A model generated the notes under the pieces. It saw nothing but the letters and a program-made list of their open reading frames with translations. It was not told the origin of the DNA and did not search any database. 64,000 nt of DNA, taken from NCBI GenBank assembly GCA_034440235.1, contig JAWXBR010000009.1, positions 88,440-152,439 on the forward strand, written 5' to 3'. The translations under genes and the position numbers were made by a program. How positions within the stretch are numbered: position 1 is the first letter of the stretch; the number at the start of each line of letters is the position of its first letter. The DNA comes from a bacterium. GTDB taxonomy: Bacteria > Bacteroidota > Ignavibacteria > Kapaibacteriales > Kapaibacteriaceae. Of the stretch, positions 1 through 10,415 are shown one piece after another.

Positions 1-38
1 CACTGAAATTCTTGCGAAGCCATTTGGTCCTCCGCGTC

Positions 39-3000
39 TTAAGCGAATGAGTTGCAGTATTCGGTCCACATTGCCGGCATCGGCAGCATGTCCTTGAATG
101 TCGGGTCGCTGTCGCTACCCTTGAGTTGTCGTTCAACCGTAACACCAACAGAGAAGCTGAAGAACAGAATTTCGATTTCAACTTCGATTGTTGCTGTACC
201 CCAGAGTTTGCCGTTGTCCTGCCATGTAAGCTTTAATTCGAACGTCAGGGTCACATGAATGAGACCAAGTATCGAGAGATTGCCACTCAAGCGGAAGTAC
301 GCCTCGAGTGTTGATTGCTTTACGTCCTTGCCGTCGACGGTCTTCGTTTCGAGTTTATAGTACACACCCGCCATAACCGATGCACCGCCCGATGCAATGC
401 CGATGTCGAATGCGAAGTTGCCTCCGAATTCGAATGCAGCCTCGAGCATGATAACGCCCGATGGGTTGATCTCGATGCCAAAGAAGCCGCCACCTGCAAA
501 CACCATGACGGTTAGGCGGAACGGGTTCTCACGCGTGCAGAAGGCGAAGTATGCAGAGAACGGACGTCCGTCGAACGGAATCGTCAGGCGCATGATAAAC
601 GCCATGTTCTGCAGCGAGAACACACCAACGGTAACGTTAGGAAGACCAATCGTTAGTTCAGCCGTAATGCCCGAGGGCAGTACTTGCAAGTCGAACGAGA
701 AGCCAACGCCCCCTGCCGAGCCCCCTGACGGAATGAGATCTTTAAGTTTGTTTACAAACGTAAGCGGACCAGCAAACTCAACACCTTCGATGTCGGGATC
801 GACATCGGTCTTACTGCCAAGCACCGACGTAACAGCTAGGCGATTGAACTTGATAATGAGGAATTGCGCCGCGCCATCGCCTATGAGATTGATAACGAAG
901 TTGCTAAGCGAGCCGTAGACTGTTACTTCTGGTGGGTCGAGGTTCAGTTTCTTAACGAACGAGGCCTTGAGATAAAGAATTGCCTTCTTGTCTTTGTCTG
1001 TCGTGCCTGGGTTCAATGGCACAAGGATGTTGCCCGGACTGCTCTTGATTTCGGTTTGCCATTCGTAGACGAGCGATAGACCCTGCTTGAGTTTTTCGAG
1101 TTCGCTGGCGACAGCTTCGTATTTTTTTGCGGCTTCGTTGCCCGCATCGATAAGGGGCTTTAGGGCTTTGTCTACTTCGTTCTTTAGTTCGTTGGCCTTG
1201 TTCTCTACACGTTTCTTCCACTCGTTGATACGGTCTTCGACAATCTTCTTGCCGTCGTTGATGTAGCCTTGAATCTCGTCTTTAACCTTGTTTACTTCTG
1301 CAATTAATGCATCTTTTGCATCTTTCACTTCAGTGGCAACATCGTTAGCAAGCGCCTGAGCTTGTGCCTTGAGTGCGTCGGCTTTTGCCTTGATATCGTC
1401 GACGTTTCCCTTGACGCCGAAGTCGTCTTTCTTGTCGAGTCCGGGCATCTTGTCGATGTTGTTCATCACGCCCTGAACAAAGTCCAGCACGTCTTTCAAC
1501 GTTATGTCGCCTAGAATCTTCGCGTTGAGCAGATCGGCGAAATACGTCATCGGGTCGAAGTTGCCGATAGCCGTTGCGGTGTTTGCAATGTCGTTTAGGT
1601 TGCCCGGAACAGTGCCTAACAGGCGCGAGAGACCCGAGACATCAATGCTCGGAGCGGCGAGTCCGCCTGCTTTGTCAGATGCCGAACCAAAATTCATCGA
1701 GATCTGCGAAACAAGCTTTGCGAAAATCTGCGATGGGTTCTTTACATCGTTGATGTTAGGGACAACACCCTTTGGGAAATCTGGACCCTTTGCAAAGGCG
1801 TGTTCGAGGTACTTCGAAAAGAACTCGATGTCGCGGGACGAATCGGTACCAATGAGCTCTTGAATTTTTTCTACACGAACAGACGAACGCTCCATCTTCG
1901 GAAAGAAGTGCGGTGTTTTCGAGTCGTTTGTCTCCGCCCAGTACCCGAGCCAGCTGATGCTGTCTGTAGGCAATGATGTGTCGCCTTTTTTCGTTGATGG
2001 CGCGTAAGCAATGTGCTGTCCGCCCATGTCCACTTTTCGGCGAGCGTTCTCTGTCTTGTATGTGTTGTTTATCCAGTTCTGCGTGTTTGCTGTGCAAGCA
2101 TCTGTGTTAGCTAGAAATGCCATTGGCATTGTAAAGTTGACTTCGTTGTTTTCCCAATCGGTGCCGACACACTGCCACTTCACATCCTGAGGTCCGCCTG
2201 GGGGCTGGAATCTAGGCCAGAAGCTGTTCGAGGACATTGGTGGACCTTGCAACGCAACTGGTAGCAACAGGTTCGGAGTTGTGCGTGTAGTTATCAGCAC
2301 CTTGCGGAACGGATTGCCACGACCCTGATACTCCATTCCGGTAAGGCCATCGGCAGGGAACTCGCGAACAGGCTGACGCAAAATGATGTACATGCGCTGC
2401 ATGAGATACGCAGCCATATCACCTCGTGGTGTGCGACGGAACTTGCGTTCGGTTTCCTTTACAAGTGTAGCACGATGTCCGAATGGGAATAGAAAACCCT
2501 TGTAACACACGCGCACAAAGTGGTCGCGACCTTGTGTTCCACGTTGAATCCATTGCTCGACATCGAGATTGTCAAGAGCGCCGTCTGGGTCCCACGCGCC
2601 AATCATGTCGGCCCATGCACCCAACGACGTCATCATAAATCTTTTAACATCTAATGGGGCATCGTCTGTGCCCTTCATGCCGAAGTTGCTTGTGAGCTGC
2701 ACGATTTCGTGGCGGTCGCGACGGTTGATAGACGTGCGGAACGGACGCTCCTTAAACTTCGCGCTCATCGAGTACGAGGTGTCTACGTCAGGCGACCAGA
2801 TAGCACGCATCGTGCGGAAATAAGCGGCTTCCTCGTTTACAACACCACTCGCATGTTTCACACCAAGCCTCGTGTGCCATAACTCTGCACGACGATTCGT
2901 CGGATTCATCACTGGCACATCGCTGTGTGCCCAGGCTGCGTATTTATTTGGCGACAGAATTAGACGATACGGATATTCAATTGCCGTTTCGTCTTCCTTC

Positions 3001-5171
3001 GGCGCGCGTATGGGCGGATTCGCATTTAGAACCTCGAGATAACCAGGCAATACTGCAACAGCTAACGGCGCTGAGAAGTCAGCGCTGGTTTCAAACTGCG
3101 TCTGCAGTTTTGCTGTGCTCATGCCGCCTATAGACGACCCTGAACGATTGGCGCCACCCGAACGCATCGCAGATTTTTTTCCACCCAGGCGCGAGACGAG
3201 TCCCGCATTCATTGCCGTCTTCGAGCCCCTTACCTGAACCTTCGAAGCATTAGCTGGTTTCGCGTCGGGGTTCTCGCCGACATAGTCGAAGTACTTTCCG
3301 AGAAAGGCGCCAGCAAGAATGTTAAGCGTGAATTCGACATCTGGTGGCTTTGCGCTTGGCGAAACGAATTGGGTGAACTTGCTCCAATCGAGCAGACCTT
3401 CGATTGTGAACTTTCCTGGATGTCCCGAAGGCACGCTGAAGACAAGGCGCGAATCGTTTGCCATGACGGCATCAATTGGCGGGTCGAGCAGCGGCTCGTT
3501 GGGTCCTGAGGTAGGTGCACTTGCCGGAGGTTTGTCGTCGCTATTAATCCCTGGACCGTCAGTCTTTACCTTGTCTGGGTCGTTGACGTAATAAAATGCG
3601 CGCTCTGCAATGTGCTGCGGCTGAAAGTGGACAATGAGCTTACTGCCGCTGCCACTTGTCGTGAACGTGCCACCACCCTTGTTGATGGTCATGTTTACAA
3701 ACTCAAACGTCAGCACCAGCAAGTCTTCGGGACGTATTACGGTAATCTTCGGATTGCCAGCAAATTTTAACGTGCCGGCAAGTGCCCACTTGCCAAGCGA
3801 CTTCTTGATTTTGAAATCTTTTTTTGTGTCCTTCTGAAACGCACCTTGTATCTGCGACTGTTGGATTTTCATGTCCTGCTGCGGATCGAGCAGCAGTCCC
3901 ATCATATGGAAATGGGGCTTCGGCAAAGCCGAAGGGGCAACGTTCGAGACAAGCCAAGCGAGCTGCGCACCCTCGCCCATCTTCGTGGGCTCGGTTAATG
4001 CACCGTCTACAGGTATGTGATATTTGAGAAGACCCGGTGCAACGATGAAGCGGTCGATAACACCATTGCGACTGACAATTTCTAAAGGTGGGATGCCTTC
4101 GCGTTCGCCGACAAGCATGCCAACGCCTGCTGCGTTAATCCACTTCGGAGACGCTGCATAACGTGCAACGAATGCTTCATGCAGGCCTTCGTCTGTACGG
4201 GTCCACGCATAACGCACGTCGCGGACAGCAAACGTTGCGTCGTGACGTTTTGCAGAAAACGTCACGCCCCCTTCGAGAGCCCCTTCAAGAATTCCTGCAG
4301 TGCGTCCGTCTGATGCTGTCTCGAGTGTGCACGAATCGAATGCATCATCGCGAACAGACATCGTTAGTGCAGCGTCGTTGAGGAAACTGAGTGGTATTGG
4401 CCAGCGTGCTTCATTGCCTCGACGAATGCAGAGGAAGGTGCTACGTGGTGCGGCTGGACGTAATGCAGAGAGTGTGTCGGACTTAGGAAGATGTACTACG
4501 ATACTGCTGCCGTGCAACGACAGTGCATCGATCTGCGCAGCGAAGAGTGTTAGGCTGTTTGAGGGCGAGAACGACAGCGTCCATGTTGGACGAAAACACA
4601 CTTCTGTGCCTGCGGGAACTACTGCATGAAACGATGTAGCATCGAGGGCAACAGCTTTTTTTGTTGCACGTACTTCGGTCGTCTTCTCAAGAAGCCAGGC
4701 GACGAACGGAACGTTGAATTGTGTGTTTGTTGCAACAATCGTGCAGTGTAACGCGGGTGTAGAGCCACCATGAATCTCTGCCGTGAAGTCAGCACTGATA
4801 CGGGTACCGGGGTACATCGCATTACGCAGAGCAACGTGCGTGATGTTGTCTTGTGTCGATGTGGTAAGCTCTGGGTGCCCGTCGAACATTCGCGGATCGA
4901 TTACCCATCGTTCTACACCTGCAACGCTAAATGCAATGCGATTGCCGCGACGCGACAATCGATACGATGCCGTGATTGCATGTTCGACAGAGCGTACTAG
5001 TGGCGCAGCAAACATCGTTGCCGCTCCAGCGAGACCTATTGCCTTTCGGCGCGAGAGGCCGTTTGCAGAGATCTGAGATGGGGCTGAGCTTGATTGAGTC
5101 CGCGGCACATCGGGGACTCTAGACGAATGAAGCTTTTTAAGTGCTTCGACCGATAAGGCGATTCTTTTCAT
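39..5171 (-). CDS. Very large (1710 aa) hypothetical secreted protein with twin-arginine (Tat) signal and central coiled-coil
   Basis: Complete ORF. N-terminus SRRKAIGLAGAATMFAAPLVRSVEHA resembles a Tat signal. A long K/A/E-rich heptad-like stretch (KAKADALKAQAQALANDVATEVKDAKDALIAEVNKVKDEI...) is present. The C-terminal region is Gly/hydrophobic beta-rich. No family recognised. Confidence 0.5.
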   Translation of the reverse strand: MKRIALSVEALKKLHSSRVPDVPRTQSSSAPSQISANGLSRRKAIGLAGAATMFAAPLVRSVEHAITASYRLSRRGNRIAFSVAGVERWVIDPRMFDGHPELTTSTQDNITHVALRNAMYPGTRISADFTAEIHGGSTPALHCTIVATNTQFNVPFVAWLLEKTTEVRATKKAVALDATSFHAVVPAGTEVCFRPTWTLSFSPSNSLTLFAAQIDALSLHGSSIVVHLPKSDTLSALRPAAPRSTFLCIRRGNEARWPIPLSFLNDAALTMSVRDDAFDSCTLETASDGRTAGILEGALEGGVTFSAKRHDATFAVRDVRYAWTRTDEGLHEAFVARYAASPKWINAAGVGMLVGEREGIPPLEIVSRNGVIDRFIVAPGLLKYHIPVDGALTEPTKMGEGAQLAWLVSNVAPSALPKPHFHMMGLLLDPQQDMKIQQSQIQGAFQKDTKKDFKIKKSLGKWALAGTLKFAGNPKITVIRPEDLLVLTFEFVNMTINKGGGTFTTSGSGSKLIVHFQPQHIAERAFYYVNDPDKVKTDGPGINSDDKPPASAPTSGPNEPLLDPPIDAVMANDSRLVFSVPSGHPGKFTIEGLLDWSKFTQFVSPSAKPPDVEFTLNILAGAFLGKYFDYVGENPDAKPANASKVQVRGSKTAMNAGLVSRLGGKKSAMRSGGANRSGSSIGGMSTAKLQTQFETSADFSAPLAVAVLPGYLEVLNANPPIRAPKEDETAIEYPYRLILSPNKYAAWAHSDVPVMNPTNRRAELWHTRLGVKHASGVVNEEAAYFRTMRAIWSPDVDTSYSMSAKFKERPFRTSINRRDRHEIVQLTSNFGMKGTDDAPLDVKRFMMTSLGAWADMIGAWDPDGALDNLDVEQWIQRGTQGRDHFVRVCYKGFLFPFGHRATLVKETERKFRRTPRGDMAAYLMQRMYIILRQPVREFPADGLTGMEYQGRGNPFRKVLITTRTTPNLLLPVALQGPPMSSNSFWPRFQPPGGPQDVKWQCVGTDWENNEVNFTMPMAFLANTDACTANTQNWINNTYKTENARRKVDMGGQHIAYAPSTKKGDTSLPTDSISWLGYWAETNDSKTPHFFPKMERSSVRVEKIQELIGTDSSRDIEFFSKYLEHAFAKGPDFPKGVVPNINDVKNPSQIFAKLVSQISMNFGSASDKAGGLAAPSIDVSGLSRLLGTVPGNLNDIANTATAIGNFDPMTYFADLLNAKILGDITLKDVLDFVQGVMNNIDKMPGLDKKDDFGVKGNVDDIKAKADALKAQAQALANDVATEVKDAKDALIAEVNKVKDEIQGYINDGKKIVEDRINEWKKRVENKANELKNEVDKALKPLIDAGNEAAKKYEAVASELEKLKQGLSLVYEWQTEIKSSPGNILVPLNPGTTDKDKKAILYLKASFVKKLNLDPPEVTVYGSLSNFVINLIGDGAAQFLIIKFNRLAVTSVLGSKTDVDPDIEGVEFAGPLTFVNKLKDLIPSGGSAGGVGFSFDLQVLPSGITAELTIGLPNVTVGVFSLQNMAFIMRLTIPFDGRPFSAYFAFCTRENPFRLTVMVFAGGGFFGIEINPSGVIMLEAAFEFGGNFAFDIGIASGGASVMAGVYYKLETKTVDGKDVKQSTLEAYFRLSGNLSILGLIHVTLTFELKLTWQDNGKLWGTATIEVEIEILFFSFSVGVTVERQLKGSDSDPTFKDMLPMPAMWTEYCNSFA

Positions 5172-5313
5172 CGGTCCTCCAGTGACACAACAGGAACCTT
5201 GGCGAACATACGTGTTTGGAGCAATCGAACAAAATACTGAAATGATAAAGCGACAATTCGTTTGACTTTCTTATGTTGCCGTGGTTCTTTATTCTTTCTT
5301 CGCGAGGCCAATT

Positions 5314-8274
5314 ATGCTTCGTGTGCGCCAAATCATTGTCGCCATTGCGATCTTCATCATTGCGTCAATCCTTAAGGCGCAAGGACCAGAGCTCGTCGAC
5401 ATTAGGCTCACTCAGCCCCCTCCCAATCAGTTGCGCATTGCTGACTTGTGGAAGGTCGAACTGAATAACCGCTCTGGACGCCCAGTTCGGGTGTATTTGC
5501 ATGGCACTGCAGAAGAGACATCAATCCCCGACGGGATTATTGCCGATGCACGTACGAAGATTATTACTGTACCGCCAGGACGTTCGGTTGTCACTGGTAA
5601 TGACGTCCAGCCGATTACAGTAGATCAGTCGAATAACAAGTACCGCGACGCTCTTTTACGAACCGGCTCTGTGCCTTCTGGTGCGTACACGATTTGTTGC
5701 GAGGTAATTAGCGAAGAGACCGACCAAGTTATTGGACGCGATTGCAAGTTCGTGACGGTAGAGCGCATGACGATTCCGATTCTGATTGCGCCGCCTGACG
5801 AAAGTGTTGTCATGGATAAATTCCCGACGTTCTCGTGGCTAAGCGGGTCTCCACCAGCAAGCGGATTTCGTCCGACCTACCGCTTGAAAATCGTCGAGGT
5901 GTTTAACAGCCAGTCGCCATACAGCGCTATGGCTGCGAATCCAGCGTGGTTCATTCGCGAAAACATTCCCAACAACGTGTTCCTGTATCCCGTTTCAAGC
6001 AGATCGTTTGAAGTGAAACGCAAGTATGCATGGATGATAACGGCGTTTAATGCTACAGACGGACGTGTTCCCATGGGCGAGAGCGAGATCTGGTGGTTTA
6101 CCTACAACCCCGAAACCGATAGTCAAGACGATACGACCGATACGACCGATGGCGATCAGGCTGATAAACGAGGCACGGGTGATACAACTGCGGGCGGAGG
6201 CGTAAAGACAAGCAAATCGAGCCTAACGGCAGACATGCCTTGTGGCGGAGAGAACTGGGACTTCGAACTTGGTACGCTTGGTTGCTGGACCGTTGATGGT
6301 GAGGCGTTTGTTGATGATCCTGTTCTCGATGATCACCCCGTGCTTGGCCAACTTGGTCATCATGCCAAATACTGGGTAACATCTCTTGGACCGACAAATG
6401 GCGATGGTGCTGTAGGTGCAATGCTGTCAGAAGAATTTCAGATCAAGACCAGCACTATTGGATTTTTGTGTGGTGGCATGCTGTCTGGTGATGCAGGTGT
6501 TGAACTGCTTGTCGAAAAACTTGCAAAAGACACATTCAAGCTTCCATCGCGACGTATTGCTTTGTCGACGAAAGAATTCTATGTCGCTCATACAACCAAC
6601 GCCGATCTAGGTGCGGCATCTAAAGCAAAAAGTGGTGGCACATCAGATAGACTCGATCCGGTTGAGTGGGACGTCACTAAATTTTTGAATCGCGTTGCCT
6701 TTATCATAGTGCGCGATTCAACGAAGGTCGGGCACGTTAACGTCGATTACTTCCGATTCTACGATCGTGAGAAAGACGACTCGGTTAAACTGCCGGTGCT
6801 TGTTATGTCAGCCGGAGAAAACCATTCGCTCGCAGCAACTCCACAAGAGAAGCCAAAGAAAAATATTCGCGACATGCTTTCCAGTGATGTAGGCATTTAC
6901 AGAGGAGGCGGAGCACAGTTCACCGACCTTAATGTGGTGAACGATGTGTCGACAAACACGAAGCGATTCACTTCTGCTGTTGTAGACGAGAACCTGAAGC
7001 TCAATCCGTCGTTCAAAGCCTCTATAAACGCCGAGGACTTTCCCAAGTTCACAGAAGCGAACATTCAGAGTAACAAAAAAGATGGTCCCGAACTGTATGA
7101 AATGAATGCTTCCGAAGCAGCAAAGTATAGCAAGGCCGGACTTGGTCTTTCTGCGCTCAACCCTAAAAACATCGTGTGGGGATGGGGAGATAATCTTAGG
7201 CGCGCCGTTGGTAAAGATTATGGTGGCGTAGTGCCCGAGCCGATGAAACTAGAAAAGGTTAAAGAAGTGAAGGCACTTGCAGCGGGCATGGACCACTCCT
7301 TCGCGGTCACGAAGGCGGGTGCTATTCTCGGCTGGGGCTTCAATGACTACTGGCAGCTCGGTACCGATGATCGTGTACAGAAAAACGACCCTGTCGATCT
7401 AAAAGTCGCAAACATCATTCAAGTCGCAACCGGGTCACGCCACGCACTCGCACTCAACGACAAGGGTCAAGTATATGTGTGGGGGTATAACCGCACCTGG
7501 GAATGCGGAACGTGGTTGAACGTGATATTCGACAACACGACGGGACAGATAACGGCAAACCTGCCAATGACAAAGCCTACGCTGCATTATGCGTTGAATG
7601 GCATTGCAGCAGTTGCTGCGGGACATTCGCATTCGGTAGCACTGTCGTTTACTGGTGCAGTGTTCTGTTGGGGAGCTAACAATTACGGACAGTGTGGTGT
7701 AGACCCCGACGACTTATTTGCAATTGGATGGCCAACACCTGTAGTAGTGCCAGGAGCTGTTGAAGCGAACCTATCCTTCCTTAAACGACAGGGCTTTACC
7801 TCCGTGTCGGCTGGAGACTACCATACGATGGCCCTTGATATCGACGGCCGAGTGTGGGCATGGGGAGGTAATGCAAGCGGACAGCTTGGCGATGGCACGA
7901 ATAAAGACCGCCCAGCACCTGGATTGGTAAAGGGGCTGCCCCGTGTCAAGGCTATTGCCGCTGGCAGTACATTCTCACTAGCGCTCGATTCAGCAGGCAA
8001 TCTGTGGGCATGGGGCAATAATGCTCTTGGACAATTGGGCGACGGTACGCGAGTTGGGCGAATAGAACCTGTGAAGGTGTCTCGTCTAGACGCAGTAGCT
8101 GGTGTTGTTGCGGGTGGAGCACATGGTATGGCCGTTCGTGCAGACGGTGGACTTTGGACATGGGGAACGAATGAATACGGACAGCTCGGAGAGGGTCCGA
8201 TAACAAATCTTACTCCTGTGCCCCTTGATCCGCCCCTTGGCCCATTTCGTGTCGAAAAACTTGCATCGCCTTAG
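5314..8274 (+). CDS. Secreted RCC1-repeat (beta-propeller) protein
   Basis: The ATG at 5314 gives MLRVRQIIVAIAIFIIASILKAQG, a signal peptide. The track start at 5281 is GTG. The C-terminal half holds about 7 RCC1-like repeats (WGWG.N..GQLG...V.AG..HS.AL...G.V..WG.N..GQLG.G). Confidence 0.7.
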   Translation: MLRVRQIIVAIAIFIIASILKAQGPELVDIRLTQPPPNQLRIADLWKVELNNRSGRPVRVYLHGTAEETSIPDGIIADARTKIITVPPGRSVVTGNDVQPITVDQSNNKYRDALLRTGSVPSGAYTICCEVISEETDQVIGRDCKFVTVERMTIPILIAPPDESVVMDKFPTFSWLSGSPPASGFRPTYRLKIVEVFNSQSPYSAMAANPAWFIRENIPNNVFLYPVSSRSFEVKRKYAWMITAFNATDGRVPMGESEIWWFTYNPETDSQDDTTDTTDGDQADKRGTGDTTAGGGVKTSKSSLTADMPCGGENWDFELGTLGCWTVDGEAFVDDPVLDDHPVLGQLGHHAKYWVTSLGPTNGDGAVGAMLSEEFQIKTSTIGFLCGGMLSGDAGVELLVEKLAKDTFKLPSRRIALSTKEFYVAHTTNADLGAASKAKSGGTSDRLDPVEWDVTKFLNRVAFIIVRDSTKVGHVNVDYFRFYDREKDDSVKLPVLVMSAGENHSLAATPQEKPKKNIRDMLSSDVGIYRGGGAQFTDLNVVNDVSTNTKRFTSAVVDENLKLNPSFKASINAEDFPKFTEANIQSNKKDGPELYEMNASEAAKYSKAGLGLSALNPKNIVWGWGDNLRRAVGKDYGGVVPEPMKLEKVKEVKALAAGMDHSFAVTKAGAILGWGFNDYWQLGTDDRVQKNDPVDLKVANIIQVATGSRHALALNDKGQVYVWGYNRTWECGTWLNVIFDNTTGQITANLPMTKPTLHYALNGIAAVAAGHSHSVALSFTGAVFCWGANNYGQCGVDPDDLFAIGWPTPVVVPGAVEANLSFLKRQGFTSVSAGDYHTMALDIDGRVWAWGGNASGQLGDGTNKDRPAPGLVKGLPRVKAIAAGSTFSLALDSAGNLWAWGNNALGQLGDGTRVGRIEPVKVSRLDAVAGVVAGGAHGMAVRADGGLWTWGTNEYGQLGEGPITNLTPVPLDPPLGPFRVEKLASP

Positions 8275-8275
8275 T

Positions 8276-8353
8276 GTTGAAATCGGAAAGTCTCTTTAAC
8301 AGTTGAAATCACAGAGTCGCCTGAACGGTTGAAATCGCAAAGTCGCCTTCACT
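8276..8353. repeat. Three tandem 26-bp direct repeats (GTTGAAATCNNNAAGTCNCC...) in the promoter region of the 8367 gene
   Basis: Units at 8276-8301, 8302-8327 and 8328-8353 each begin GTTGAAATC and share an AGTC core. They lie between the RCC1 gene stop and the next gene start. Confidence 0.6.
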
Positions 8354-8366
8354 TTCGCAAAAGCAA

Positions 8367-10343
8367 ATGCGCCTTGTTCTGTTGTGCATCTCAGTAAGCG
8401 TAACACTATGTCTCTCGCATAGTATTGCGCAGCAGTCTCCTACGCCACAAACTCCATCAACAAGTTCACCGTGGTTTGTGTTTGGTTCGCAGAATGGTGA
8501 TGCCCCAGTAATGCTCATGGGCAGCTATCGCATGATCGGACAGACAGCGAATCGCCAAGGCACCTTCCAGGAAAAGCCGCCCGATTTATGGCGGATGGAA
8601 ATTAATCCTACCATTTCGTTGTACGGAATTCCGCTTACCGCAAATCTTTTGCTGTCGTCAGAGCAAGACGGACTACGTCAGGACATCAACGCATTTTCAA
8701 TTACGCTCGACCCAGAAGCTGTAAAGCGTATTGTTTCGGCACGCGCATATCGCGCTCTGAATGAATTCGCACGATCGGAGGGCGGCGAACTACTCGACAA
8801 GTACGACGATGTGCAGGATTCGCTTGCGAAGTACAACCCCGATCAGCTCAAACAACTCGAACAGTACAAGCAAGTAGAAAAACTTCGTGATGTTGCAAAC
8901 GGCGACCTAACTGGTTACACCGACCTCATGCAACAGATGGGTTTTATGTCGGATGTCGAAGCAGTGATGGCTGCACTTCCAACGATTGGGGTTGGTGCGC
9001 TCTTCCCAACCTTTACACCCCTCACTGTGAATGGTGTCCGTTTGGACGGCGGCTCTGCAGAATGGAATCCGGGCTTTTTTTACGTGCACGTAGCGGGTGG
9101 TAAAACACAACGTCCGTTGCTCAGACTCGACACTGCACGTGTAGACTCGGGTGTGTTTGCGAACTTCGATAACTCGGCATTCGGACGAATGATGTATGCC
9201 GGACGTATCGGCATCGGACGGCGTGATGGTGCACACTTCATACTTAATGGGGTGTATACAATCGACGACAGGCAAAGCATAACATTCTCTGACACAAACT
9301 CGTCGCTTACTCCGCAGAAAAACATGCTCATGGGTCTCGATTTTAAGACAGAGCTCATACCAGGCATGTGGACGTTGGAAGGTGAGGGTGCTGTAACACT
9401 TACGGTAGGCGACCAGAACGCACCAAAGTTTAGTACAAAGGCAGTACCCGATATTCTGCTTGGGCTTGTCGACTCATCGGCATCGTCGTATTTCGATTGG
9501 GCGGTGACTGGTTCAACCCAACTCGACATTCGATCTACGGGCACACGTTTTCGCGCGTCAACACGAAGGATTGGTCCGGGTTACCGAGCGCTTGGCGTTC
9601 CCAACCTGCGCACCGACGTCTTTCGTTATGATGCACGCATCGATCAGTCGTTCTGGCAAAGGCAGTTCAGTGTCGGACTTTTCTATCGTCGCGACACCGA
9701 CAACCTTCTTCCGTGGAAACGCAGTACTACAACGATTACGAGTCTTGGTGCTACACTTGGTCTTAACATTCGCAAGTATCCGTACCTGCGACTTTCGTAT
9801 GCACCATACGCTCAGATTAACGACGACCCAGAGCCCAACCTCCAGATCGATAACAACATCACGGTTCTTACGGCTGCTTCGGGCTACAGCTATCGTATTG
9901 GCGATCTTTCGGCAAACACAACGCTTAATGCGGGAAGTCAGTCTAGCAAAACAATCAATGGAATTGCTGATTACGCAGTTCTTACGCTCAATGGTAATCA
10001 GAGCATCAGTTTTACATTTCCGCTTACGTTGTCGGCAGGTATGGGCTATATATCACAAAAGTCTACAGGTTCGCCAGACAACACCATTATTACCGTAGAT
10101 GGGTCTGTGAACTACGGCATTTTCGAGTTCATGAGTGTGAGTGGCGGCCTTACTCTCGCATTCGACGACACGTTTGGTACGCGCACCGGCTACTTCTTCG
10201 GCTTGGGTGCAACACTTGGCGAGTTCGCCAACGTCGACATTCGTGCAGAGCGCAATCTCTTTAACGAGCGTCTAAACCCGCCGGTTTACGGTGGCACCTA
10301 CCAAGAGACAATCTTCAGGGCCTCGATATCGAGGTCTTGGTAG
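8367..10343 (+). CDS. Hypothetical secreted / outer-membrane beta-rich protein
   Basis: Signal peptide MRLVLLCISVSVTLCLSHSIAQQ. Beta-rich composition with a C-terminal aromatic residue (..SRSW). Same strand, immediately downstream of the RCC1 protein. Confidence 0.45.
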   Translation: MRLVLLCISVSVTLCLSHSIAQQSPTPQTPSTSSPWFVFGSQNGDAPVMLMGSYRMIGQTANRQGTFQEKPPDLWRMEINPTISLYGIPLTANLLLSSEQDGLRQDINAFSITLDPEAVKRIVSARAYRALNEFARSEGGELLDKYDDVQDSLAKYNPDQLKQLEQYKQVEKLRDVANGDLTGYTDLMQQMGFMSDVEAVMAALPTIGVGALFPTFTPLTVNGVRLDGGSAEWNPGFFYVHVAGGKTQRPLLRLDTARVDSGVFANFDNSAFGRMMYAGRIGIGRRDGAHFILNGVYTIDDRQSITFSDTNSSLTPQKNMLMGLDFKTELIPGMWTLEGEGAVTLTVGDQNAPKFSTKAVPDILLGLVDSSASSYFDWAVTGSTQLDIRSTGTRFRASTRRIGPGYRALGVPNLRTDVFRYDARIDQSFWQRQFSVGLFYRRDTDNLLPWKRSTTTITSLGATLGLNIRKYPYLRLSYAPYAQINDDPEPNLQIDNNITVLTAASGYSYRIGDLSANTTLNAGSQSSKTINGIADYAVLTLNGNQSISFTFPLTLSAGMGYISQKSTGSPDNTIITVDGSVNYGIFEFMSVSGGLTLAFDDTFGTRTGYFFGLGATLGEFANVDIRAERNLFNERLNPPVYGGTYQETIFRASISRSW

Positions 10344-10415
10344 CGCGCGCAGCGCGCAAACCACAGCGGCTCTCGCATTCAAACCACAGCGGCTCTTGAG
10401 CGCTTACCACAGCTG

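Noticed and set aside
8276-8353. Possible CRISPR array (regular 26-bp repeats)
   Set aside because: Only three units, directly abutting with no unique spacers. Units are imperfect. No cas genes nearby. The same reasoning applies to the repeats at 47697-47755 and 32966-33060.
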